Below, piece by piece: positions 9,171 to 18,713 of a stretch of 64,000 nucleotides of DNA; the stretch's first letter is position 1, and every line of letters starts with the position of its first letter. The notes beneath the pieces are model-generated. The model saw only the letters and a list, made by a program, of their open reading frames with translations, was not told the origin of the DNA and made no database searches. Source of the DNA: Candidatus Poribacteria bacterium (GTDB lineage: Bacteria > Poribacteria > WGA-4E > WGA-3G); assembly GCA_964291315.2 (NCBI GenBank), contig OZ219753.1, positions 576,001 to 640,000 on the forward strand, given 5' to 3'. The translations under genes and the position numbers were made by a program.

Positions 9171-11234
9171 ATGTTAACAATAGTTTCTCTTCAACACGCA
9201 GAACGGCGCTTGACCCCGTTAGAAATTAAACGCCAGCACATCAAGATTGATGTTAAAAACCAACTCGCTACAACACAAGTAGACCAGATTTTCGTTAATC
9301 CAAACCCTTTTGAAGTTAAGGGGATGTATCTCTTCCCGGTACCAGATAATGCGGTAGTTTCAAATCTCGCGCTGTCTGTTGATGGAAAGTCGATGAGTGG
9401 AGAGCTTCTCTCCGCAGCAGAATCGCGCAGAATGTATCAGAACAGTGCACATTACGGGGATAACCGGGCGATTTTGGAGCATATAGGCACGCGGGCATTT
9501 GCAGCACGCGTGTCGGAAATTCCAGCAAACGCGGTCCGGAACATCCGTTTTGAGTACTCTCAGGTTGTCCCTGTAGATAGCGATCTGGCCAAGTATACCT
9601 ATCCATTGGCGCTTGCAAAATCTGCATCTGGGCTGATCGCAGAGCTCCGTATCGAAATGGAGATTGAAAGCAGCGATGCACTTAAAACAGTTTTTTCACC
9701 GTCACACGACATCGTTTCTACACGCAAGGGAGATCGCCAGGTTCACGTCAGTTATGTAGATAAAAATGTAGACCCGGACGACAATTTTCACTGTTACATT
9801 TCTACTTCAAACAAGGATTTTGGAATCACTTTACTCACGCACCGCGCCGAGGAGAACGAAGATGGATATTTTATGCTCGTCATCTCCCCCAAGTATGAGG
9901 TGAAGAAAACGGATATTGTCGAGAAGGATTTCATCTTCGTTCTGGATCGTTCCGGCAGCATGGCAGATCGGAAAGTTGAACAAGCAAAGGAAGCCCTCCG
10001 CTATTGTGTACGGAATTTGAACGACGGTGATCGTTTCAACTTAATCCTATTTAACGAGGGCATTACAACGTTAGCTGATAGGTTGAGCAGAGGCGAGGAG
10101 TGGTTCGATGGCGAGCGCTGGCCAGATTCTACCGCTCTATCTCACAAGCTGCTTGATGTGAAGGATGGTCGTGACAAAGCCCTTGCGTTCATTGAGGATA
10201 TTTACGGTCGGGGAGGGACAAATATCAATGACGCGTTACTCACAGCGTTACGGGAGAGCCCGGATCCGAATCGTCCTCGGACGGTTGTTTTTCTTACAGA
10301 TGGCCAACAGACAGTCGGTACAAGGAATCCCGCGCGGATCCTTGAAAATGTAGCGAAAGCGAACGAAAGGCAATCTCGTATTTTCGTTTTCGGCGTGGGG
10401 TACGATGTCAACGATCATTTGCTTGATAAATTAGCAGCGGATAATCGGGGTTCACGTAACTATGTAACGCCGGATGAAGACATTGAGGTCGCTGTGTCGA
10501 CGCTCTTCAGAAAAATGAATGAGCCGGTGTTGGTGGATGTAAGTCTCGATTTCGGACACGTTCTGACGAAGGATATGTCGCCCCGTAAACTTCCAGACTT
10601 GTTTCGTGAGGAGCAGCTCACTCTTCTTGGTCGCTATGAAGGGCATGGTGACACCCGACTGACAGTTGCTGGAATAGTTGGTAAAGAGCGGCAGGAGTTC
10701 TCTGAAAGTGTTCATTTCTCGAAGCTTGAGTCGGACAACGATTTCTTACCGCATCTCTGGGCGCAGCGTAGAATTGCGGAATTGGTGGATGAAGCTGCGC
10801 TGAGCGGTGGGAGTGAAGAACTGGAGAAAGAGATTGAGCGTATCAGCACAGAGTACGGTGTACTAACGCCTCATACATCATTCGTTACGGGGGACGACGG
10901 TTCACGCCGGTATATGTCGCGTATACGAGATGCCTACTATGAGGCACCTATCAATAGGCGGATTGAGCATACGAGGGAAATAGAATCAAGAAAATCTGCT
11001 TTGCATATGCAGCAGTATGATGATACGAAATATATCGCGGGCAAGGCTTTTCACTATTGGAACGGTATATGGGTAGATAACCAGTACGACGGGAAATCGA
11101 AACGACAGAAAGTTGTGCTTGGCAGCGATGCGTATGATCACTTGATAGAAGGTTTTCCAGAATTGAGAAAATACGTAAGGCTGGGTTCGGTGATAATCTG
11201 CTACAAAGGTGTGAACTATGAAATTACGGGGTAG
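9171..11234 (+). CDS. VIT + von Willebrand A domain protein (inter-alpha-trypsin inhibitor-like)
   Basis: VIT 'QIFVNP..GMYLFPVP', MIDAS 'FVLDRSGSM', 'GGTNI', 'FLTDG', C-terminal 'YGVLTPHTSF'. Confidence 0.88.
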   Translation: MLTIVSLQHAERRLTPLEIKRQHIKIDVKNQLATTQVDQIFVNPNPFEVKGMYLFPVPDNAVVSNLALSVDGKSMSGELLSAAESRRMYQNSAHYGDNRAILEHIGTRAFAARVSEIPANAVRNIRFEYSQVVPVDSDLAKYTYPLALAKSASGLIAELRIEMEIESSDALKTVFSPSHDIVSTRKGDRQVHVSYVDKNVDPDDNFHCYISTSNKDFGITLLTHRAEENEDGYFMLVISPKYEVKKTDIVEKDFIFVLDRSGSMADRKVEQAKEALRYCVRNLNDGDRFNLILFNEGITTLADRLSRGEEWFDGERWPDSTALSHKLLDVKDGRDKALAFIEDIYGRGGTNINDALLTALRESPDPNRPRTVVFLTDGQQTVGTRNPARILENVAKANERQSRIFVFGVGYDVNDHLLDKLAADNRGSRNYVTPDEDIEVAVSTLFRKMNEPVLVDVSLDFGHVLTKDMSPRKLPDLFREEQLTLLGRYEGHGDTRLTVAGIVGKERQEFSESVHFSKLESDNDFLPHLWAQRRIAELVDEAALSGGSEELEKEIERISTEYGVLTPHTSFVTGDDGSRRYMSRIRDAYYEAPINRRIEHTREIESRKSALHMQQYDDTKYIAGKAFHYWNGIWVDNQYDGKSKRQKVVLGSDAYDHLIEGFPELRKYVRLGSVIICYKGVNYEITG

Positions 11235-11276
11235 AGCGTACAAACCTCTTATCAATTTAGATAGACACCGATATTC

Positions 11277-11301
11277 AAACCCCCTTCATTAAAGGGGGTT
11301 T
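11277..11301 (+). terminator. Terminator-like hairpin after VIT-vWA gene
   Basis: Perfect 10-bp stem AAACCCCCTT/AAGGGGGTTT with 5-nt loop; short U tract. Confidence 0.6.
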
Positions 11302-11406
11302 ATTGCTATGCGGTGTGTTCAGAGTTAGTTGGTTTACAACAATTATGAGAAGCCTGGGCGTTTGAATATGAGATCATTCCTTTAGATGGATTCTAAGGTC
11401 AGGCGG

Positions 11407-11457
11407 GGAGACATCATGAAAATCACGTCTGTTAGTTAAATGGAGAGCGGTGTTATA
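11407..11457 (+). repeat. Degenerate duplicate of the 5' end of the downstream Mod gene
   Basis: ggag..ATGAAAATCACGtCTGTTA(gtta)AAtGGAGAGCG matches 11739 ATGAAAATCACGcCTGTTAAAgGGAGAGCG. Confidence 0.7.
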
Positions 11458-11553
11458 GGTGAACTGAATGGCGCCTAAGCATCTCCAATATTCAGTTGGC
11501 GTTTGCTGGATAGATGTGGTATAGTTTCTAAGGAAATGTTGTTAGGACACTCA

Positions 11554-11709
11554 ATGATTCAGAACGGTCAAGAACTTGAGGCAACGTTAGCATGCATTCG
11601 TCACTTTCAAAGGCAGGTCGGAAAACTGTGAGAGGTTGAAACTGATCCGCGAAATTATCGCTTGTCGGTCGGAGGTTTTCTTGCCCATGGAGACCTTGCC
11701 TACGTGTGA
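11554..11709 (+). pseudogene. Small helical hypothetical protein remnant with internal TGA (11629)
   Basis: MIQNGQELEATLACIRHFQRQVGKL*EVETDPRNYRLSVGGFLA... resembles small conserved hypotheticals from memory; the stop is consistent with CGA>TGA. Confidence 0.45.
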
Positions 11710-11738
11710 AGTGGACGCGAAAACGATGGAGAACCTTT

Positions 11739-13421
11739 ATGAAAATCACGCCTGTTAAAGGGAGAGCGATGCTGCACTGGGTCGGCAAACGCCCTATCGA
11801 CGCAGTCAACGCCTATCCCGCACAACTCATAGAAACCTATAACGTTGAAAATCCAGAGAAAGAGCCGACTTACAATAAATTTTTGGAAGGCCCCAACCTG
11901 ATTTTTCACGGAGATAACAAGGAGATCCTCTCCACACTTCTTGTGCAGGGTTTCCGTGGGAAGATAGACCTTATTTATATCGACCCTCCATTTGACAGTG
12001 GCGCGGATTACGTGCGAAGGGTGAAACTACGCGGCGGATAGAGGAACTTAGAAGGTGAAGGCCACACTGTTATTGAGCAAGCACAATACACCGACATCTG
12101 GGCAAATGACAATTACCTCCAATTTATGTATGAGAGGCTGATTTTGATGTACGAATTGCTATCAGATAAAGGTTCAATTTATCTACATTGTAATTATAAA
12201 AAGAGTCACTATCTAAAAGTCCTCATGGATGAGGTATTCGATAAAGATTTATTTCAAAATGAAATCATTTGGTACTACAAAAACGCTTCACGTGGTAAAA
12301 AGAGATTAGCCCATGCCCATGAGTCTGTTTTTTGGTATACCCGATCCCCGGAAGAATATATTTTCAACCGTGATGACATCTTAGTACCTTTTGAAAGTGG
12401 CATGACGGAATGGCGATACAGTAAGGGTGGGCAAGCAGGAAACGCCGTACCCAAAGGTAAAACCCCTGATGATGTTATCATTCTCCCTTCCCTTAACACT
12501 ATGGATGCAGAACGTTCCAACTACCCTACCCAGAAACCCGAAGCACTGATAGATCGTATTATCAAGGCATCAACTAACGAAGATTCCATTGTCCTCGACT
12601 GCTTTGCGGGAAGCGGCACAACCCCCGCTGTATCTGACAAACTCGGCAGACGCTGGATCGCCGCTGACCTCAATAAAGGCGCTATACAGACAACTCTCAA
12701 ACGAATACAAAATAGCAGCCACCAACCGCGCGGCATCGCACACTACCGCATCAATAACTACGATTTTCAGACCCAGCACGAACTCAGACAGATCCTCATC
12801 GCTAAATACGGCGTGCAAACCGACAGGAAAGCCGCCTTCTTTGATGGCACCCTGGATGGCACGCTGGTCAAAATCGCTGATCTCGGAAAACCGCTCACAC
12901 GCTTGGATATCCAGCTCATCAAAGACGAACTCCGAAACTCGCCAGACGAGACCCGCAACATCACAGTCTTGTGCAACGGCAGTGAAGTCGGCATACAAGC
13001 GGAGTTGGACAGAGCCAACCGGCACCGTCCGATTAACAAGATCATTGTTCGCGATATTCAACGCGAAGGTATCACGACCTATGCTCCAGCGGAAGCAGAG
13101 GTTAGCTTTGCGAGAGAGGGGCTCATCGTCAAGATTACGCTGTCAGATTACCTAAGTCCGAGTATCTTGGCACGGATGGAGATAGATCGCACTGTCTTTG
13201 ATGAACAGCTGGGTGACTTTCGGGCACAGATTGATTGTGTTCTGATTGACACAGACTACAGTGGTGAGCATTTCACAATTGTTGAGAGTGATGTGCCGGA
13301 GAGAAAGTCCGATTTTATTGAGGGGTGCTATACGGTAACACTTCCGCGCCCTGATGCCCGTGTTGCTATTAAGATTATTGACATGCTTGGTGAGGAGACA
13401 GTTATCGCTCAGTCTGTGTAA
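11739..13421 (+). pseudogene. Type III Mod-like beta-class adenine DNA methyltransferase interrupted by in-frame TAG (12039-12041)
   Basis: ORFs 11706..12041 and 12126..13421 share a frame. 'IDLIYIDPPF' precedes the stop; 'YPTQKPEAL' and 'VLDCFAGSGTT' follow it. C-terminal 'VAIKIIDMLGEET'. No Res gene adjacent. Confidence 0.82.
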
Positions 13422-13526
13422 TAATCCGATGCTGCTGCGATTTGGGGCATCTGTCGGTTTTCTGTCTTGGCTCAGGTGCCCGGGAGCATCGAGGGGAAGG
13501 TAGATCAACAGTGCCTATCTTCGCGC

Positions 13527-14189
13527 CTACCTGCGTTCGATAGCATAGATAGAAACTTGCGGAGTTTTTTCGTTCAACCTAACAGGATGGATGGATTTTT
13601 GATAGGAGAAACCGTTGTCGTTGATCAGTTTGAAAAACCCGAGGGCATTGTTCCGATTCGGTTCGGAGAAGAGAGCGATACCGTTGGGGGCAAGATACGC
13701 TTGAAGTAAAGTTAAAATCGGCAACCAGTGAGATTCTTCATAAACAACATCGGCAGCGAGAATGTAAGAAAACTGACAATTGAAACAGGGATCACGCCAG
13801 TCCATTTGGACAAACTCGGCGCGTTTGCTAACACCGTTTTGACCTGCATTATGACGCGCGAAATGGAGAGCATCCTGTTCAACATCAATGAAAACAGCTC
13901 GGGCTCCCAGCTGACATGCGACAATTCCGGTGAGTCCGAACCCGCATCCGATTTCTAAGACCTGTGCGCTTTTTAACGACATCCCGATTTTCTCTATATG
14001 TTGGGCAAGTCCTAGGGAAGCCTCCCAGAGATAAGTCCAATACGGGAGATAAAGCTTGCTTTCGTTGTCTACTCGACTCAGTTGATCAAAAAACCAGTCG
14101 GGTTCTTCTATAAGCGTGAGGTGAACGTGACGGGTTTCCAAAACGATGGTAGTGGTAGTGAGTGGATAATTTTGCAGTCGGGTTTTCAT
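13527..14189 (-). CDS. Class I SAM-dependent methyltransferase (lysine-MTase/PrmA-like)
   Basis: 'PYWTYLWEAS', 'VLEIGCGFG', 'ILAADVVY'. Confidence 0.85.
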   Translation of the reverse strand: MKTRLQNYPLTTTTIVLETRHVHLTLIEEPDWFFDQLSRVDNESKLYLPYWTYLWEASLGLAQHIEKIGMSLKSAQVLEIGCGFGLTGIVACQLGARAVFIDVEQDALHFARHNAGQNGVSKRAEFVQMDWRDPCFNCQFSYILAADVVYEESHWLPILTLLQAYLAPNGIALFSEPNRNNALGFFKLINDNGFSYQKSIHPVRLNEKTPQVSIYAIERR

Positions 14190-14198
14190 CTGTAGGAT

Positions 14199-15233
14199 TC
14201 AACAGGCGTTGCTCCTAAAAAGTTTAGCGATTTCATCTGTCTCAAAAACAGGGAGCGGTTGTCTTATGCCGGTGGGACCCTCTAACCACAATCCGTGCTC
14301 GGGTGCCAAAAATTTTCCAATAATGTCGGCGTTGATATTAGCCGTGCGGAGGGCTCTGCAAATTGTTTCGCCTTTTTCGGGCTCTGCAGCAATTAACATG
14401 GCACCAGATGAAATAACACCGATCGGATTGATCTGGAACATATTACACAGTGTCCGCGTTATGTCGCTGTACATCCCTGGTGAGCGGAGAAGTTTTTCCG
14501 CATAGGCAACCACTCCTAGCTCGGCTGCAGTCGCCAACTCATAGATGGCTGTCGCGACACCGCCTTCTGTGACATCGTGCATAGCGTGTACGCCACCTGT
14601 AGAGACCGCAATCTGTGCATCCTTTAGTACAGAGATTCCCGGATCTATGAGGTAGTTCCTTGCTTGTTCTAAGAATCGGGTCCCACATTTTTCATATAAC
14701 TGTGCCTCACGCTCGCGGGCAATGATTGCGGTTGCTTCTATACCGAGGCCTTTTGTGAGAATTAATGAATCCCCGACACAAGCCTCTACTGAAGTGAACA
14801 AGGTATCTTTACAAGCAGTGCCCATCATCTGTCCTACGATAACCGGTTGCGTTACGGCTGGCGTAACTTCGGTATGTCCACCACAGAGCGCGATGTCAAA
14901 GGCTGTACATGCGTGTATGAGCTGGTCCATGATGTTTTGGATTGTTGCATGTGTGGTCGCGTTTTCGGGTAACAACAGGGTTACGAGCAGCCACTTTGGA
15001 ATTGCACCCATTGCTGCGATGTCGTTGCTATTAACGCATACAACATACCAACCGATATCTTCAGTCGCAAAGGTGATTGGATCACTGGTTGCAACGAGAT
15101 AGTTGTCTCCGAATTCGATGACTGCGGCATCCTCACCGATTTGGGCACCAACAATCACATCTGTACCGCTATTACATGTTGGCAGAAGCTGCCTTAAAAA
15201 ATCGTGTTTTAGTTTCCCAACCGGTAGATTCAT
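14199..15233 (-). CDS. AIR synthase family protein (HypE/PurM-like)
   Basis: 'GEDAAV', 'SDPIT', 'NDIAAMGA', 'GGHTE', 'MHDVTEGG'. Confidence 0.85.
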   Translation of the reverse strand: MNLPVGKLKHDFLRQLLPTCNSGTDVIVGAQIGEDAAVIEFGDNYLVATSDPITFATEDIGWYVVCVNSNDIAAMGAIPKWLLVTLLLPENATTHATIQNIMDQLIHACTAFDIALCGGHTEVTPAVTQPVIVGQMMGTACKDTLFTSVEACVGDSLILTKGLGIEATAIIAREREAQLYEKCGTRFLEQARNYLIDPGISVLKDAQIAVSTGGVHAMHDVTEGGVATAIYELATAAELGVVAYAEKLLRSPGMYSDITRTLCNMFQINPIGVISSGAMLIAAEPEKGETICRALRTANINADIIGKFLAPEHGLWLEGPTGIRQPLPVFETDEIAKLFRSNAC

Positions 15234-15431
15234 GTGTTTCCCTTGGCGTTGCAGGCTTGAAAAAGGAGCGTTGAATTCGCCGCAAAATTTTTATGTATCG
15301 GCTCAGTCAGAGCACCTTCACATGTCACAGATTCCGTCTAACCCAATTTGGGTTGTTTTTAAGTATAGCATCTTATCGGGAAACTGTCAACCCTTGAAGA
15401 CTAGACGATACTCCTTTGCCAAGCAAAAGAT

Positions 15432-15461
15432 TTGACATAGACACCACCGATTCAGTATAAT
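15432..15461 (+). promoter_or_regulatory. Consensus sigma70 promoter upstream of Type IIG RM gene
   Basis: TTGACA(15432)-18 nt-TATAAT(15456). Confidence 0.65.
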
Positions 15462-15613
15462 TAATGTGAGCTTGATAAATGTTTAGCTCCTCTTTGAATA
15501 AAGAGAAACTTTCGAGGTGCTGAATTGAAAAAATTGCCTACCTAGTTTTAAGGTGATCCTAGCAGAAGGCTTTTTCTGTTGCCTTCTATTCCGAGAGCTG
15601 CTATTCTACCTTC

Positions 15614-18600
15614 ATGCCGAAAATCAGTCTCAAACCTACTCATAAACCGCTCCGCGACTATTACGCCACGCTGCAGGCATACGACCAGCACGACATCAGA
15701 CATGAAGGCGCGGTGAGCTCTCCATTCGAGACACTCCTGCACGTCTGCGCGAAGCAGATGAAAGCGACGCTCATCCCGCAATATCAGATGCACGCCCCCA
15801 CCGGAAACCGCATCGTTATTGACGGCGCAATCTTGGACGAATACAGCCTGCCGCTCGCCTATTGGGAGGCAAAAGATATAGATGACGATCTCCCTAAAGC
15901 CGTTGAGGAGAAACGCGCGGCGGGGTATCCGCTCGACAACATCCTGTTCCAGAACCCACAGCGCGCTATTTTGTATCAGAACGGAGCAGAGGTGCTCTAT
16001 GTAGACATTACTGCCTCGGTCTCTCTGATCGCCGCTCTTGAATGTCTATTCGCTTATGTGCCGCCCGCACTGGAAAATTGGCAGTCGGCTGTCAACGACT
16101 TCAAGGAACATGTACCGGCTCTCGCAGGCAAGTTGAAAGAGCTCATTAACCAGCGACACGCGGTGGATACGGCATTCCAAACGGCGTTCGCTAACTTCTA
16201 TGAGACCTGCCGCACGACGATCAACCCCGAGCTCTCACGCGATGCCGTGGAGGAGATGCTGATCCAACACATCCTCACCGAACGGATCTTCCGCACGGTG
16301 TTTAATAATTCCGCCTTCACTCGTCGGAACATCATCGCCCGCGAGATTGAAAACGTGGTGGATAAACTGATCCGGCAAGCCTTCAGCAGGGAAGATTTTC
16401 TTGCACCCCTAGATCGTTTCTACAGCGCTATTGAGCAGGCGGCGGCACTCTGCAAAGACTTCTCACAGAAGCAGAGCTTCCTCAATACATTCTATGAGCA
16501 GTTCTTTCAAGGGTTCTCGGAGGATGTAGCGGACACACACGGCATCGTCTACACGCCGCAGCCGATCGTAGATTTCATGGTCAACAGCGTGCAGCATCTA
16601 TTAGAGACCGAGTTTGGCCGTTCGCTGTCGGATAGTGGTGTGCATATCATAGACCCGTTTGTCGGCACGGGCAACTTCATCGTCCGCCTCATGCAGGACA
16701 TTCAAGGCACTGCACTGGAGGCGAAATACCGCGAGGAGCTGCACTGCAACGAGGTGATGCTGTTGCCATATTATATCGCGAGTCTGAACATCGAGCAGGA
16801 ATACTTCCGTCGGACGGGTGCGTATCTGCCGTTTGAGGGTATCGTGCTGGCGGATACGTTCGAGCTGCTTGAGCAGGAGCAGGGCCAGCTCTTCACGCGC
16901 GAAAACACGGAGCGCGTAAAGCGGCAGAAGTCAGCGGACATGTTCGTGGTGATCGGCAATCCGCCCTATAACATGGGGCAGGCGAATGAGAACGACAACA
17001 ATAAGAATAGGAAGTATCCGCTCATGGACGCACGGGTTGCGGAGACGTATGCTAAGGACTCCGCGGCAACGAACCGAAATAAGCTCTACGATCCGTATGT
17101 GAAGGCGATCCGCTGGGCATCGGACCGGATTGGTGCAGAGGGGATGGTTGCCTTCGTGACGAACAACAGCCTCTTGGACGGGATTGCGTTTGACGGTATG
17201 CGCAAGCACCTTGCGGAAGATTTTGATGCGCTTTACGTTCTCGACTTGGGCGGAAATGCCCGGAAGGGATTAAAGGTCTCTGATGCCAATGTGTTTGGGA
17301 TCCGCGTAGGCGTGAGTATCAGTCTATTCGTGAAAAAGAGAGAACGTTCATCAGGGGAGCCGTGCATCTATTATTATCGCACGGATGAGATGTGGAATAG
17401 AGAGCAGAAGTTTGCGTTTCTGAATAAATGTCAGCATGTGGGCGGTGTTGCGTGGCAGCCTATTGAACCCGACGCGCGCCACACGTGGCTCACGACAGGG
17501 CTCCGTCCAGAATTTAGCAGTTTCATCCCGATGGGCAGCAAAGGCGCAAAATCGGCAAAAGGTGAGGTGACAGATGTCCTTTTCAAAACCTATAGCAACG
17601 GCGTGGTGACGGCTCGCGATGCATGGGTCTACAATTTCAACCAAAACGCCCTCGCTGAAAATATAAGCAGCATGATTGACACTTACAATGCAGAAGTGGC
17701 TCGATGGACGCAGCGGACAAATAGAGAGGTGAACGTTGATAATTTTCTGATTTCTGACGATATGAAGATTAAGTGGAGTTCCACGTTAAAGCAGAAACTA
17801 CAGAGCGGTCAGCTAGCGGCGTTTACAGATGCAAACGTCCGTTCCAGTCTTTATCGTCCCTTTACGAAATCCAATCTCTACTTTGATCGCATGATGAACC
17901 AGAGGGTAGGAGGATTCTCATCTATTTTTCCTAGACCAGAGACAGAAGCAGAGAATCGAGGCATTTGTGTCAGCCGTCCGGGCGCAAATTCACCTTTCCA
18001 TACGCTGATAGTTGACGCAATTCCAGATGATCATATTACAAGCGCTGCTCAATGTTTCCCTTTCTACATCTACGACGAAGACGGCACAAACCGCCGCGAA
18101 AATATCACCGATTGGGCATTGACAGAATTCCGCTCTCACTACAAAGGCGATAGCATCAGCAAATGGGACATCTTCCACTATACCTACGGGCTCCTGCACC
18201 ATCCCGACTACCGAGAGAAATATGAGGTGAACCTCAAGCGCGATCTGCCGCATATCCCGTTCGCGACAGACTTCTGGGCGGTCGCTACCGCAGGCGCACA
18301 ACTCACAGAGCTCCACATCAACTACGAAGCCGCACAGCAGTTCGAGCTAAAATACAGAGAAACGCCCGACACGCCGATAGACTGGCGCGTCGAGAAGATG
18401 AAGTTGTCTAAAGATAAGACACAGTTGAAATATAACGAGTTCTTGACGTTGGACGGTATTCCTGCCGAGGCGTTTGAATATCGGTTAGGCACTCGTTCGG
18501 CGTTGGAGTGGGTGATAGATCAGTATCGCGTCAAGACGCACAGTCGGAGTGGATTGGTCAACGATCCAAATCGTTCGGATGCGCCGCGGTATATTGTGGA

Positions 18601-18709
18601 TTTAGTGGCGCGCGTTATCAGTGTCAGTCTAAAGACGGTGGAGATTGTTAAGAGGTTGCCGGAATTGTCTTTAAACTCTAAGGGAAAAGATAAAACCGTT
18701 CGGATTTGA
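15614..18709 (+). CDS. Type IIG / Type ISP-like fused restriction-modification enzyme (nuclease + gamma N6-MTase + ISP C-terminal specificity domain, no helicase)
   Basis: N-terminal 'IDG..YWEAKD' PD-(D/E)xK; 'GIVYTP', 'IIDPFVGTGNF', 'GNPPY'; C-terminal 'YRPF', 'DIFHYTYGLLH', 'SALEWVIDQY'. Confidence 0.85.
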   Translation: MPKISLKPTHKPLRDYYATLQAYDQHDIRHEGAVSSPFETLLHVCAKQMKATLIPQYQMHAPTGNRIVIDGAILDEYSLPLAYWEAKDIDDDLPKAVEEKRAAGYPLDNILFQNPQRAILYQNGAEVLYVDITASVSLIAALECLFAYVPPALENWQSAVNDFKEHVPALAGKLKELINQRHAVDTAFQTAFANFYETCRTTINPELSRDAVEEMLIQHILTERIFRTVFNNSAFTRRNIIAREIENVVDKLIRQAFSREDFLAPLDRFYSAIEQAAALCKDFSQKQSFLNTFYEQFFQGFSEDVADTHGIVYTPQPIVDFMVNSVQHLLETEFGRSLSDSGVHIIDPFVGTGNFIVRLMQDIQGTALEAKYREELHCNEVMLLPYYIASLNIEQEYFRRTGAYLPFEGIVLADTFELLEQEQGQLFTRENTERVKRQKSADMFVVIGNPPYNMGQANENDNNKNRKYPLMDARVAETYAKDSAATNRNKLYDPYVKAIRWASDRIGAEGMVAFVTNNSLLDGIAFDGMRKHLAEDFDALYVLDLGGNARKGLKVSDANVFGIRVGVSISLFVKKRERSSGEPCIYYYRTDEMWNREQKFAFLNKCQHVGGVAWQPIEPDARHTWLTTGLRPEFSSFIPMGSKGAKSAKGEVTDVLFKTYSNGVVTARDAWVYNFNQNALAENISSMIDTYNAEVARWTQRTNREVNVDNFLISDDMKIKWSSTLKQKLQSGQLAAFTDANVRSSLYRPFTKSNLYFDRMMNQRVGGFSSIFPRPETEAENRGICVSRPGANSPFHTLIVDAIPDDHITSAAQCFPFYIYDEDGTNRRENITDWALTEFRSHYKGDSISKWDIFHYTYGLLHHPDYREKYEVNLKRDLPHIPFATDFWAVATAGAQLTELHINYEAAQQFELKYRETPDTPIDWRVEKMKLSKDKTQLKYNEFLTLDGIPAEAFEYRLGTRSALEWVIDQYRVKTHSRSGLVNDPNRSDAPRYIVDLVARVISVSLKTVEIVKRLPELSLNSKGKDKTVRI

Positions 18710-18713
18710 GAAC

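Noticed and set aside
12039-12041. TAG recoding (pyrrolysine), suggested by the nearby corrinoid system
   Set aside because: No pyl genes or methylamine methyltransferases in the window. TAG ends several normal genes (e.g. 11234, 20147, 51563). A nonsense mutation is simpler.
12589-13155. 188-aa alternative-frame ORF in the Mod gene
   Set aside because: Ser/Thr/Pro-rich shadow frame explained by the local C-rich, T-poor composition.
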